DNA from: Nitrospinota bacterium
GTDB lineage: Bacteria; UBA8248
Length of the DNA: 64,000 nt
Assembly (NCBI GenBank): GCA_030754595.1
Contig: JASLZZ010000079.1
Location: forward strand, 9,880-73,879
Reading direction: 5' to 3'
The notes beneath the pieces were generated by a model. The model had not been told where the DNA came from. It did not search any database and worked only from the letters and a program-made list of their open reading frames with translations. How positions within the stretch are numbered: the stretch's first letter is position 1; the number at the start of each line of letters is the position of its first letter. The position numbers and the translations under genes were made by a program. Below, piece after piece: positions 31,244 through 39,966 of this stretch.

Positions 31244-33618
31244 CAGGACGCCCCCTCATCCGAGTTGGGGCGCGGCGTCATTTCCACCATCGTCACGCCC
31301 CAACCGCCCTCTTCGGGACGGGCCCAGCCGTAGCTGGCCACTAAAAAACTCTCCTCGAGCAGTGTCGTGATAGCGCCCGAGAGCGCCCCCTCTCCCTTGC
31401 CATGAACGATCCTCAGGCTCCTCACCCCCAGGACGGCGGCATCGTCGAGATACTTATCGACTTTCTCGAGCGCCTCCTCCACCCGCATTCCTCGGACGTG
31501 GAGCTCGGGAGAAAAATCCCTCGACGGCGCACTCGACTCGTGGGTGATCACCACGCGGGGGGCCTCTTGAGACGCGGGAGCGTCCACAACCTCAACGGCG
31601 GACATCGCCAACCGCAAGGATTTGCCTACGACTTCCACCGAGATCATCTCTCCCCCATGGAGGGAGCGAACGATCCCGGAGGTTCCCGTCGCCCGAAGGC
31701 GCACCGTATCGCCCAGCCGGATGAAGGGAAGAGGGGCCTTTTCCACGGTCTCCTCCCGCACGGGCAGGGCCTTATCCATCCGCTCCCTGAGGCCACTGAT
31801 CTTCTCGCGTGCGATCTTCTTGGCGGATTCGAGGTCTCCCTCGGAGCGGATATCGGCCAACAAGCCGTCCGCCTCCCAGCGAAGCTCCTTGAGAAAGGCT
31901 TCGGTCTCCCTCCGCTGGCGGGCCTCAAGTTTTCTTCGGGAGTTCCTGAACCCAAAACGCTCGGACCTGAATTGCCGCCAGCGCGAGGTGAGTTTCTTTT
32001 CCTTTTCATCAAGTTCGGATTCCTGATCCGAGAGGCGGGCCATGATTCTATCCACCTGGACGAGCCCGCCGCTCAGGAGTTCCCTCGCCCGCTCGAGTAT
32101 CCGCGAGGGAAGCCCCAGCCTTTCGGCCACGGCCATCGCGTTGCTGGGACCCGCCGCCCCCAGCCGGATCCGGTAAGTGGGCGAGAGGTCGCCGGGATCG
32201 AACTCGACCGAGGCGTTCATCGCCTCATCGGTCTCATAGGCGTAGTGCTTGAGCGCGTCGTGATGGGTGCTCACGAGGGCAAGCGCACCGCTCCGGGCAA
32301 GGTGCTCGAGTACGGCGACTCCGATAGCGGATCCCTCGGCGGGGTCGGTTCCCGAGCCCAGTTCGTCGAGAAGAAGCAGGCTTCCCTCGCCCGCCTCGGC
32401 GACGGCTACCGCGATGCGCGTCATGTGGCCCGAGAAAGTGCTTAGATTCTGCTCCAGATTCTGCTCGTCGCCGATGTCCGCGAACAGCGAGCGTACCAGC
32501 GGAAGCTCGCTCGCCGGAGAGGCCGGAATTTGAACGCCAATCTGGTTGAGCGCGATCGACAGGCCCACCGTCTTTAGCGCGACGGTTTTTCCGCCCGTAT
32601 TCGGCCCGGTGATGATTAATTGCCGGACAGGGCCGCCGAATGAAATGTCGATTGGGACCACATCGCCGGGGAGCATCCCCCCCGCACCAGCGGCCAAAAG
32701 TGGATGGCGCGCCTCGCGGAGGACGACCCTGCCCTTCTCGTTCAGCGACGCCCTCTCGCCCCGCCAACTCCGGCCCAGTCCCGACTTCGCCTGGATGAGA
32801 TCGAGGTCCACCAGCCTGCGGGTTAAATCGGCGAGCGGCTCACGGCCCTCGGCCGCCTCGGCGGAAAGCTCGCGGAGGATTCGGTTCAATTCCTCGCGCT
32901 CGGCCTCCCGCGCCTCGGTCAGCGCATTGTTCAGCGGCACGGCCGTGAGGGGCTCGACAAAGAGCGTCTCTCCGCTCGCGGAGCGATCCTGAATCACGCC
33001 CTCGAACCAGCGCCTGAAGTTAGTTTTCGCCGGAATAACGTAGCGATCCCGCCGCTGGACAATGAGGATCTCCTGAATCGCACTCTCGTGGGCCGACATG
33101 ACCCGCTCAAGGGCCCGCCGAATCTCCCCGCGGAGGGAGCGAATCCGTGAGCGGGCCGAGCGCAGCGCAGGGCTCGCATCGTCCCGGACCTCGCCATGCT
33201 CGTTCAGCGTCTTGCGGATACGGGAGGCAAGGGGACGCAGGAGGTCGGCCCCGGACATCTTCACCGAGAGGCGGAGTAGCACATCGCGCTGGCCCTCGAG
33301 GTATTTAGAAACATCCGCGGCGGTGGAGAGCAGCGAGAGAATCTCCAACAGCCAGAGCGGCTCGAGCACCCCGCCCCTGGCGCGAATTTCCTCGAACCAG
33401 GGCGCCGGATCCTCGAAGGCGGCCAGGGGAATCCGCTCCCCGCTTTCGGCAAGCCCAGAGGCTTCGCCGGTCTCATCCAGCAGGCGGCGAACCTCCCATG
33501 CCTCGTCAGCCGGTCTCAGGCCGAGGGCCGCCCGCCGAGCGGGCGCGGAGATACACCTTTCGGCGATTAGCCCGAGAGTACCCGGATACTCGATTGCCTG
33601 AAGGGTTCGGTCATCCAT
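31243..33618 (-). CDS. mutS2: MutS2 (ATPase with Smr domain)
   Basis: ITGPNTGGKT, DIGDEQ...LSTFSGHM, LLDELGSGTDP and a C-terminal Smr domain (IVHGKG). Start set at MDDRTL. Confidence 0.95.
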   Translation of the reverse strand: MDDRTLQAIEYPGTLGLIAERCISAPARRAALGLRPADEAWEVRRLLDETGEASGLAESGERIPLAAFEDPAPWFEEIRARGGVLEPLWLLEILSLLSTAADVSKYLEGQRDVLLRLSVKMSGADLLRPLASRIRKTLNEHGEVRDDASPALRSARSRIRSLRGEIRRALERVMSAHESAIQEILIVQRRDRYVIPAKTNFRRWFEGVIQDRSASGETLFVEPLTAVPLNNALTEAREAEREELNRILRELSAEAAEGREPLADLTRRLVDLDLIQAKSGLGRSWRGERASLNEKGRVVLREARHPLLAAGAGGMLPGDVVPIDISFGGPVRQLIITGPNTGGKTVALKTVGLSIALNQIGVQIPASPASELPLVRSLFADIGDEQNLEQNLSTFSGHMTRIAVAVAEAGEGSLLLLDELGSGTDPAEGSAIGVAVLEHLARSGALALVSTHHDALKHYAYETDEAMNASVEFDPGDLSPTYRIRLGAAGPSNAMAVAERLGLPSRILERARELLSGGLVQVDRIMARLSDQESELDEKEKKLTSRWRQFRSERFGFRNSRRKLEARQRRETEAFLKELRWEADGLLADIRSEGDLESAKKIAREKISGLRERMDKALPVREETVEKAPLPFIRLGDTVRLRATGTSGIVRSLHGGEMISVEVVGKSLRLAMSAVEVVDAPASQEAPRVVITHESSAPSRDFSPELHVRGMRVEEALEKVDKYLDDAAVLGVRSLRIVHGKGEGALSGAITTLLEESFLVASYGWARPEEGGWGVTMVEMTPRPNSDEGAS

Positions 33619-33660
33619 CAGGTGCGGTCTCTTTAAAGATGCAGGTGAAAGCGGACCCCC

Positions 33661-33762
33661 GGCTCTGTGGCCGGGAAATGGCGGAGCGGCCATCGAAACT
33701 TCTAGCGGCTCGGGTGAATCACCCCCGGAGGGGGGGACTCCGAACGTCCGGGCAACAGAGCC
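33661..33762. repeat. Imperfect ~25-bp inverted repeat enclosing ~50 nt (hairpin RNA or MITE-like)
   Basis: Left arm GGCTCTGTgGCCgGGA..CGGAG against reverse-complemented right arm GGCTCTGTtGCCcGGA..CGGAG. Confidence 0.55.
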
Positions 33763-33915
33763 CGGTGCGGACCACGATACCCGGCGCGGGCAGAGCCCTC
33801 ATTCGGGATTCAGGTACAAAACAAAGGGACAGCTTCCGCCATCCCTTCTCCTTTAACTTCAACTACTTAAAAGAAATCACCTATACCGGGCCGGCCCGCT
33901 GAAAACACGGAGTGG

Positions 33916-33944
33916 AATATAGGAACCGACCCGGTATTTGTCAA
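33916..33944 (-). promoter_or_regulatory. Near-consensus sigma70 promoter upstream of mutS2-dnaG-rpoD
   Basis: TTGACA-N17-TATATT. Confidence 0.75.
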
Positions 33945-33995
33945 GAAATAGCGAAATACCAACGAAAGTCCAGGAAAGACCGAAAACCCACGCGT

Positions 33996-34763
33996 CTAGC
34001 GGCTTTCGGGCCGCCCCCCCCTGCCGAACCGCCGCGCCAGTTCGGCGAACACCTCGCCCGGCGGAACATCCTTCGTGGCCAGCGCCACCAGCGAATGAAA
34101 CCATAGGTCCGCCGTCTCGGCGACGATCTTCTCGCGGGTCTCCTCCCGGATGGCCCGCGCCACCTCCCCGGCCTCCTCCTCGACCTTCTCGAGGATGCGC
34201 CCCTCGCCCCGCTCGAAGAGCCGGGCCACATAGCTCCCCCCGGTCTCCCCCGCGTCGCGGCGGCTCAGGATGAGCCGGTAGACCAACTCCAGCAGATTGT
34301 GATCGAAGGTGAATTCCCCCGCCGGTGAGCTTCCGCTCGGGGGGCCGCCGCCCGGAGCGCTTTCGCCGCCCGGGGGGATATCCCGGGTCGAAGCGCCGCC
34401 GGATACCTCCAACTCGTTGAAAAAACACGACATTCGCCCAGTATGGCATACTGGCCCATCCGGCCGCACAGAGAAGAGCAGGGCGTCCCCGTCGCAATCG
34501 AGGCTCGCCGATACGAGCCTGAGAAAATTCCCTGAGGTCTCGCCCTTGTGCCAGAGTTCCCGGCGCGAGCGCGACCAGAAGTGAACCGTCTTTTTCTCGA
34601 GGGTGAGGCGCAGCGACTCCTCGTTCACCCAGGCGAGCATGAGGACCTGGCCCGTCCCCGCGTCCTGACAGACGGCGGCGGCCAGCCCGCTCTCGTTCCA
34701 GTTCACATCGGGGGGATTTACTCCCGCAGGTTTTTCTTCGTTCACAACCTGACCTCCATTCAC
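33996..34763 (-). CDS. hisIE: Bifunctional PR-AMP cyclohydrolase / PR-ATP pyrophosphatase
   Basis: [27 protein letters not shown], then KVEEEAGE and ETADLWFH. Alternative in-frame GTG at 34745. Confidence 0.95.
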   Translation of the reverse strand: MNGGQVVNEEKPAGVNPPDVNWNESGLAAAVCQDAGTGQVLMLAWVNEESLRLTLEKKTVHFWSRSRRELWHKGETSGNFLRLVSASLDCDGDALLFSVRPDGPVCHTGRMSCFFNELEVSGGASTRDIPPGGESAPGGGPPSGSSPAGEFTFDHNLLELVYRLILSRRDAGETGGSYVARLFERGEGRILEKVEEEAGEVARAIREETREKIVAETADLWFHSLVALATKDVPPGEVFAELARRFGRGGRPESR

Positions 34764-35530
34764 AACCTGACTTCCACTCCCCGCTCCTTTAAGTAAAGTT
34801 TCGCCTCCTCGACCGTGTACTCGCCGAAGTGAAAGATCGAGGCAGCCAGCGCCGCCTCGGCTCCGGCCACGGCGAGTCCGTCGTAAAGATGCCCCAAACC
34901 CCCCACCCCGCCCGAGGCGATCACCGGCACCGGCACATTATCCGACACCGCGCGTGTGAGAACGAGATCGTAGCCGTCCCGCGTGCCGTCGCGGTCCATG
35001 CTCGTGAGCAATATCTCTCCCGCCCCGAGGCGGGCCGCCTCGGCGGTCCAGGCCACCGCGTCTTTTCCGGTGGGCTTCGAGCCCCCGTGCGTGAACGCCT
35101 CCCAGCGCAGGGGCTCGCCATCGCCCGAGACCCGCTTGGCGTCCACCGCGCAGACGATCGTCGAACTGCCGAAACGCTCGGCGCTCCGCTTCACCAAGCC
35201 GGGGTCCCTGAGGGCGGCGCTGTTCATGCTCACCTTGTCGGCCCCGGCGCGGAGGAGGTCCCGCACATCGTCCTCGTGACCGACGCCCCCGCCCACCGTG
35301 AGGGGGACGAACACCCGCTCGGCCGTCCGCGAGACGACATCGAGCAGGGTCTTCCGCGCTTCCTTAGAGGCCGTGATGTCGAGAAAGCATATCTCGTCCG
35401 CCCCCATCGCGTCGTAGGCCGCGGCGCACTCGACCGGGTCGCCCGCGTCGCGGAGGCCCTCGAAATTAATCCCCTTGACGACGCGGCCCTCCTTCACGTC
35501 GAGGCAGGGGATGATCCGCTTCGCCAGCAT
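34760..35530 (-). CDS. hisF: IGP synthase cyclase subunit
   Basis: [32 protein letters not shown] and ASIFH. Confidence 0.98.
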   Translation of the reverse strand: MLAKRIIPCLDVKEGRVVKGINFEGLRDAGDPVECAAAYDAMGADEICFLDITASKEARKTLLDVVSRTAERVFVPLTVGGGVGHEDDVRDLLRAGADKVSMNSAALRDPGLVKRSAERFGSSTIVCAVDAKRVSGDGEPLRWEAFTHGGSKPTGKDAVAWTAEAARLGAGEILLTSMDRDGTRDGYDLVLTRAVSDNVPVPVIASGGVGGLGHLYDGLAVAGAEAALAASIFHFGEYTVEEAKLYLKERGVEVRL

Positions 35531-35609
35531 TAAAGAGCCTCCAGCCCCGCCTTGAGGGAGAGCTTATCGGAATCATCCATCATCGCCCGCGCCAGCGGCT
35601 TGGCCAGCA

Positions 35610-36329
35610 TCACACCCGCTCCAGCGCGGCCTTGAGATCGAAGGTGCCCTCGTAGAGCGCGCGCCCGACGACCGCCCCGGCGACGCCCGCCTCCGCCAGC
35701 GGCAGTAGCCTGTCGACATCCTCCATCCGGCTGAAACCCCCGGCGGCGATGACCGGAACCTCCACCGCCCGCGCCAGCGCCTCGGTCGCCTCGGGGTTGA
35801 ACCCCTCGAGCATGCCGTCCCTCGATATGTCGGTGAAGACGATTCCGGCGAGCGGCCGGCCCCGGAAGCGGGCGGCCAGTTCCTCCGGCGAGACGCCCTC
35901 GCCCTCCATCCAGCCCGATGTGCGCACCTCGCCGTCCCGCGCGTCGATTCCGAGGAGAATTTTCCACGGATTCTCCCCGGCGGCCCGATCAAGAAACTCC
36001 GGGTTCTTGAGGGCGCTCGTCCCCAAGATGACGAAACCCGCCCCGGCCTCCAGGACAGCGCGGAGCGAGTCCATCGACCGCACCCCGCCGCCGAACTGGA
36101 CGGGGACGCCGGCCCTGGCCGCCACCTCGGCCAAAACTTCCAGATGTTGGGGGCTTCCCTCGAAGGCGCCGTCGAGGTCGATCAGGTGGAGCCGCTTCGC
36201 GCCCAGGTTCACCCAGTGGAGCGCCGAGGCCACCGGGTCTGCCCCGTAGACGATCTCGCGCTCTTTTTGCCCCTGAATCAGGCGAACGCACTTGCCGCCC
36301 TTGAGGTCCACCGCTGGAATGATGAGCAA
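35610..36329 (-). CDS. hisA: ProFAR isomerase
   Basis: IIPAVDLKGGKCVRL.QG, LIDLDGA, QFGGGVR and TDISRDG. TTG 36329 has a GGAGG RBS. Confidence 0.96.
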   Translation of the reverse strand: MLIIPAVDLKGGKCVRLIQGQKEREIVYGADPVASALHWVNLGAKRLHLIDLDGAFEGSPQHLEVLAEVAARAGVPVQFGGGVRSMDSLRAVLEAGAGFVILGTSALKNPEFLDRAAGENPWKILLGIDARDGEVRTSGWMEGEGVSPEELAARFRGRPLAGIVFTDISRDGMLEGFNPEATEALARAVEVPVIAAGGFSRMEDVDRLLPLAEAGVAGAVVGRALYEGTFDLKAALERV

Positions 36330-36331
36330 AA

Positions 36332-36826
36332 TCAGTGCCCTCCACGCGCCGGAAGATATCCCCCCGGCGAAAGCGTTAGAGATGGATAAACCCATTCGGG
36401 TGGGATTGCAAGGTGAGATTGAGAATGAGAGGGAGAGGACCTTCCGGGCGGCCCCTCGGCCCGGAGGGCGGCCGCGCCCGGAGAGAAAATTCGGCGCCCG
36501 GAGGGAAGATTCGGCCCGGGCGGAACGCTTATTTTTTGCCGGAGCCGGTTTCGGGGGGGGGGGTTCATCCACAAATCGCCGGCGCTGCCCATCATCATCC
36601 CCATGCCGAGGGGCATACCCATCCCCGGCGGGGACATCATGAACATCATCATCCCCGAGGGGCTTTGTCCCCCATAAACGCCCTCGGTCGTGAACGACAC
36701 CACCGCCGGGACCACATAAGAAGAGGTCAGCAGCATCCGCCGCACGAACTCCCGCCTCGTCTGGGCTTCCTGTTCTGGAGCCGGCTCCGTGGAATCGTTC
36801 CCGTCCCGCCCGTCCATCTCGCTCAT
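36332..36826 (-). CDS. Small hypothetical protein: Tat-like/double-Gly leader plus Met-rich segment; C-terminus depends on a C11 tract
   Basis: GGAG RBS; TRREFVRR motif, hydrophobic LLTSSYVVPAVVSF, EGVYGG, then GMMMFMMSPPGMGMPLGMGMMMG. Confidence 0.7.
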   Translation of the reverse strand: MSEMDGRDGNDSTEPAPEQEAQTRREFVRRMLLTSSYVVPAVVSFTTEGVYGGQSPSGMMMFMMSPPGMGMPLGMGMMMGSAGDLWMNPPPRNRLRQKISVPPGPNLPSGRRIFSPGAAALRAEGPPGRSSPSHSQSHLAIPPEWVYPSLTLSPGGYLPARGGH

Positions 36827-37082
36827 TTCAAATACTCCGTAACCAAAATAGCGGCCCGCTCATTTGTCGGCTTAAACGTAAACGGGGGGAATTGCAAATG
36901 GGAGGGGGAGCCCGAAAAGTTGTCAGTGAGCGAGGGTGAAGCACGACGCTAAGGAACTGCTTGGACGGGTAGGCACGTAGATTCTTCGCTATCGCTCAGA
37001 ATGACAGACAAACCGCTTCAAACCAGAAAGGGGGGATGCCTTCAGGAAGGAGCGGTGCTCCCAGTTCGAGCTTTTACCCTTC

Positions 37083-37730
37083 CTACCCGCAAACCCCGGC
37101 GAAGCGCTTCAATATCTCAAGTCCCCTTCCCCCGCTTTTTTCGGGGTGGAACTGGGTGGCGAAAAGGTTGTCGCGGCGGACGGAGGCGATGAAGGGGACG
37201 CCGTAGGCGCAGGTGGCGGCGATGAAGGGGCGGCAGGGCTCGCTCACCTCGGCGTAGTAGGAGTGGACGAAGTAAAAGTGCTGGCCCTCGGTGGCGGGGT
37301 CCAGGACGGGGGATTCGTTTTCGAGGTGGATGCCGTTCCAGCCCATGTGGGGGACGCGGATGTCTCTTGATGCGCCGGGCTCGCGCGCGCCGGCGGGAAA
37401 TTTAAGGATGCGCCCCGGCAGGATGCCCAGCCCCGGCGTCCGGCCGAACTCCTCGCTCGCCTCGAAGAGGACCTGAAGGCCGAGGCAGATCCCCAGATAG
37501 GGTACCCCGCGCGCGACGGCCTCCTTGAGCGGGCCGGCCAAGCCGGCAGCGTTCAGGGCGCCCATGCACTCGGGAAAACCGCCGACGCCGGGGAGGATGA
37601 TCCCGGCCGCGTTTTCAAGGTCGGCCGGGTCGCCCGAGAGCCGGGAGGCGGCGCCGATGCTGGCGAGTCCGTTGGCGACGCTCCGCACGTTGCCCATGCC
37701 GTAATCGACGACGACGATGGAGGGGGCCAT
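37083..37730 (-). CDS. hisH: IGP synthase glutaminase subunit
   Basis: VVDYGMGN, LPGVG, GICLG.Q, VPHMGWN, YFVHSY and QFHPEKS. Confidence 0.97.
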   Translation of the reverse strand: MAPSIVVVDYGMGNVRSVANGLASIGAASRLSGDPADLENAAGIILPGVGGFPECMGALNAAGLAGPLKEAVARGVPYLGICLGLQVLFEASEEFGRTPGLGILPGRILKFPAGAREPGASRDIRVPHMGWNGIHLENESPVLDPATEGQHFYFVHSYYAEVSEPCRPFIAATCAYGVPFIASVRRDNLFATQFHPEKSGGRGLEILKRFAGVCG

Positions 37731-37918
37731 CGGTGTCTCCAAATAAATTCCTTGCAGGAAACAATCTGTGAAAAAATTTAAATCAAAGAAGAATCATGCC
37801 GCCGGGCCGCCGGGATTCATGCCGCCTCGCAAGGGCCGTGACACCCCCCGGAGCGGGCTGTCACCCCCCGGAGGATTAGGTCATGCAACCCCGCAGGCAT
37901 CACCCGGCCCGGGACGGG

Positions 37919-38521
37919 CTAGAGGACGCCCTTCGTGCTGGGCACGCCCGTCTCGCGCAGATCGAGGGCGGCGGCGGCGCGGAGCGCGCGCGCGAAGACC
38001 TTGAAGACGGCCTCGACCATGTGGTGGCTGTTCTCGCCGTAGCGGACCTCTATGTGGAGGTCGATGCCCGCCTGGGTCGCCAGCGACCAGAAAAACTCGC
38101 GCACCAGCGCGGTGTCGAACTCGCCGATCCGGGCCTCCGGGAAGCGGCCGCGAAAGACCAGATTCCCGCGCCCGCCGGCGTCGAGGGCGACGGAGACGAG
38201 GGCGTCCATCATCGGGAGGCTCAGGCTCGCATAGCGGGTGATTCCGGCGCGGTCGCCGAGCGCCTTGGCGAGCGTCTGGCCAAGCAGGATGCCCACATCC
38301 TCGGCGGTGTGGTGGCCGTCCACGTCGATGTCGCCCTTCCCGCACACACTCAGATCAATCAGTCCGTGCCGGGCGATCTGGCTGAGCATGTGGTCGAAAA
38401 AACCGAGGCCGGTTTTCACCGAGGCCTTTCCCTTGCCGTCGAGATCGACGGATATCGTGAAATCGGTTTCCTTGGTCTTCCGGCTCGCCTGGGCCTTGCG
38501 GCCCGTTTTTTTAGCCGCCAC
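37919..38521 (-). CDS. hisB: Imidazoleglycerol-phosphate dehydratase
   Basis: [29 protein letters not shown] and PSTKG. GTG start with GAGGAGG RBS. Confidence 0.98.
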   Translation of the reverse strand: MAAKKTGRKAQASRKTKETDFTISVDLDGKGKASVKTGLGFFDHMLSQIARHGLIDLSVCGKGDIDVDGHHTAEDVGILLGQTLAKALGDRAGITRYASLSLPMMDALVSVALDAGGRGNLVFRGRFPEARIGEFDTALVREFFWSLATQAGIDLHIEVRYGENSHHMVEAVFKVFARALRAAAALDLRETGVPSTKGVL

Positions 38522-38664
38522 GGCGGGACCTCCTCAAAACAATTTATTTCAACAGGTTACGGGTGATAACGTACGGGCGCCACGGGCCCCGCGAAAATCG
38601 CGCGCCATTATGTTCGATTAGGGGGCGTTGCGCCAGAGGAGAAACGAACCGGGGGAAACTTTGG

Positions 38665-39966
38665 CTACTGTTCACCTCCGGCGCGCATGCGAAGGGCGCG
38701 GGCGTGGGCGGGAAACCCCTCGAGCTCGGCCAGGCGGGCGGCGGGACCCGCGAGCCGCGCCGCGGCCCCGGAATCGAGCTCCACCTCGCTCGACCATTTG
38801 AGAAAATCGAGCACCCCGAGCGGGGAGGCGAACCGCGCCGCTTTACCCGTCGGGAGGATGTGGTTCGGCCCGGCGATATAGTCGCCAAACGGCGCGCCGC
38901 TCCAGGGGCCCAGGAGAATCGCACCGGCGGAGCGCACCCGGGCGGCGAACTCCCCGGGCCGCTCGATCATCAGTTCGAGATGCTCGGGAGCGAGCCGCTC
39001 GGCCACCTCGAGCGCCTCATCGCACGATGAGACCTCGACGATGGCGCCCTGGCCCTTGAGGGCTTTCTCGATGACCTCGCGCCGGTGGGCGCTTTCCACC
39101 TGTCTGGCAACACTCTCGTCCACCGCGCCGGCGGCCTCGCCGCCGATGGCGACGGCGGCCGCCATCGCGGAGGGATCGTGCTCGGCCTGGGCAATAAGGT
39201 CGGCCGCCGCCCACTCCGCGTGGGCGGGGCTGTCGAGAATCACGACTACCTCGCTCGGGCCCGCGTCCTTGTCCACGTCGGCCACGTCACGAACAAGGCG
39301 CTTCGCGGCGGCGACGAAAATGTTCCCCGGCCCGACGATCTTGTCCACCTTTCCGATCGATTCGGTCCCATAGGCCATCGCCGCTATCGCCTGGGCGCCG
39401 CCCACCCTGAAGACGCGATCCACCCCGGCCAGGGCGGCGGCGGCGAGGACGACGGACGCGATCTCCCCATCTTCCCCGGCCGGCGGGGAGCACATGACGA
39501 TCTCCTCCACCCCGGCCACCCGGGCGGGGACCGCGCTCATGAGTACGCTCGATGGGTAGGCCCCCCGCCCCCCCGGGATGTAGAAGCCCACCCGCCTGAG
39601 CGGAATCGGGCGCAGCGCGAACCGCTCGCCGGGCGCGGGCCGAGTCTCGGTTTTTTGGGGGAGGCAGGCCTCGTGAAAATCGCGAATTCGCCCGGCGGCA
39701 AGCTCAAGCGCTTCCCGCGCCTCGGCCGGGAGCGCGCCCAAGGCCTCCTTCAAAGTCGCCTCGGGGACGGGGATCCGGTCAGGGCTTATGACTACGTCGT
39801 CGAAAGTTTTTGTGTACTGAACGAGCGCAAGATCGCCGTGGTTGCGAACGCCATCGAGGATAGGGGCGACCTTCTCCTCGGCCCCCATGAAAATCGTCTC
39901 GCCCGCGAAGGGGAGCGCTTCCAGCGAGGCGGCGGCATCCGCATCCCCCCAACGAATCCGCCTCAT
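38665..39966 (-). CDS. hisD: Histidinol dehydrogenase
   Basis: YIPGG, GGAQAIAA, GPGN, AGPSE, QAEHD, APEHL and GPNHILPT. Confidence 0.97.
   Translation of the reverse strand: MRRIRWGDADAAASLEALPFAGETIFMGAEEKVAPILDGVRNHGDLALVQYTKTFDDVVISPDRIPVPEATLKEALGALPAEAREALELAAGRIRDFHEACLPQKTETRPAPGERFALRPIPLRRVGFYIPGGRGAYPSSVLMSAVPARVAGVEEIVMCSPPAGEDGEIASVVLAAAALAGVDRVFRVGGAQAIAAMAYGTESIGKVDKIVGPGNIFVAAAKRLVRDVADVDKDAGPSEVVVILDSPAHAEWAAADLIAQAEHDPSAMAAAVAIGGEAAGAVDESVARQVESAHRREVIEKALKGQGAIVEVSSCDEALEVAERLAPEHLELMIERPGEFAARVRSAGAILLGPWSGAPFGDYIAGPNHILPTGKAARFASPLGVLDFLKWSSEVELDSGAAARLAGPAARLAELEGFPAHARALRMRAGGEQ

Noticed and set aside
33703..33842. Selenocysteine readthrough of the micro-ORF (C-T-TGA)
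   Set aside because: The readthrough product (IPNEGSARAGY...) resembles no selenoprotein, there is no CxxU motif, and I could not identify a SECIS element.
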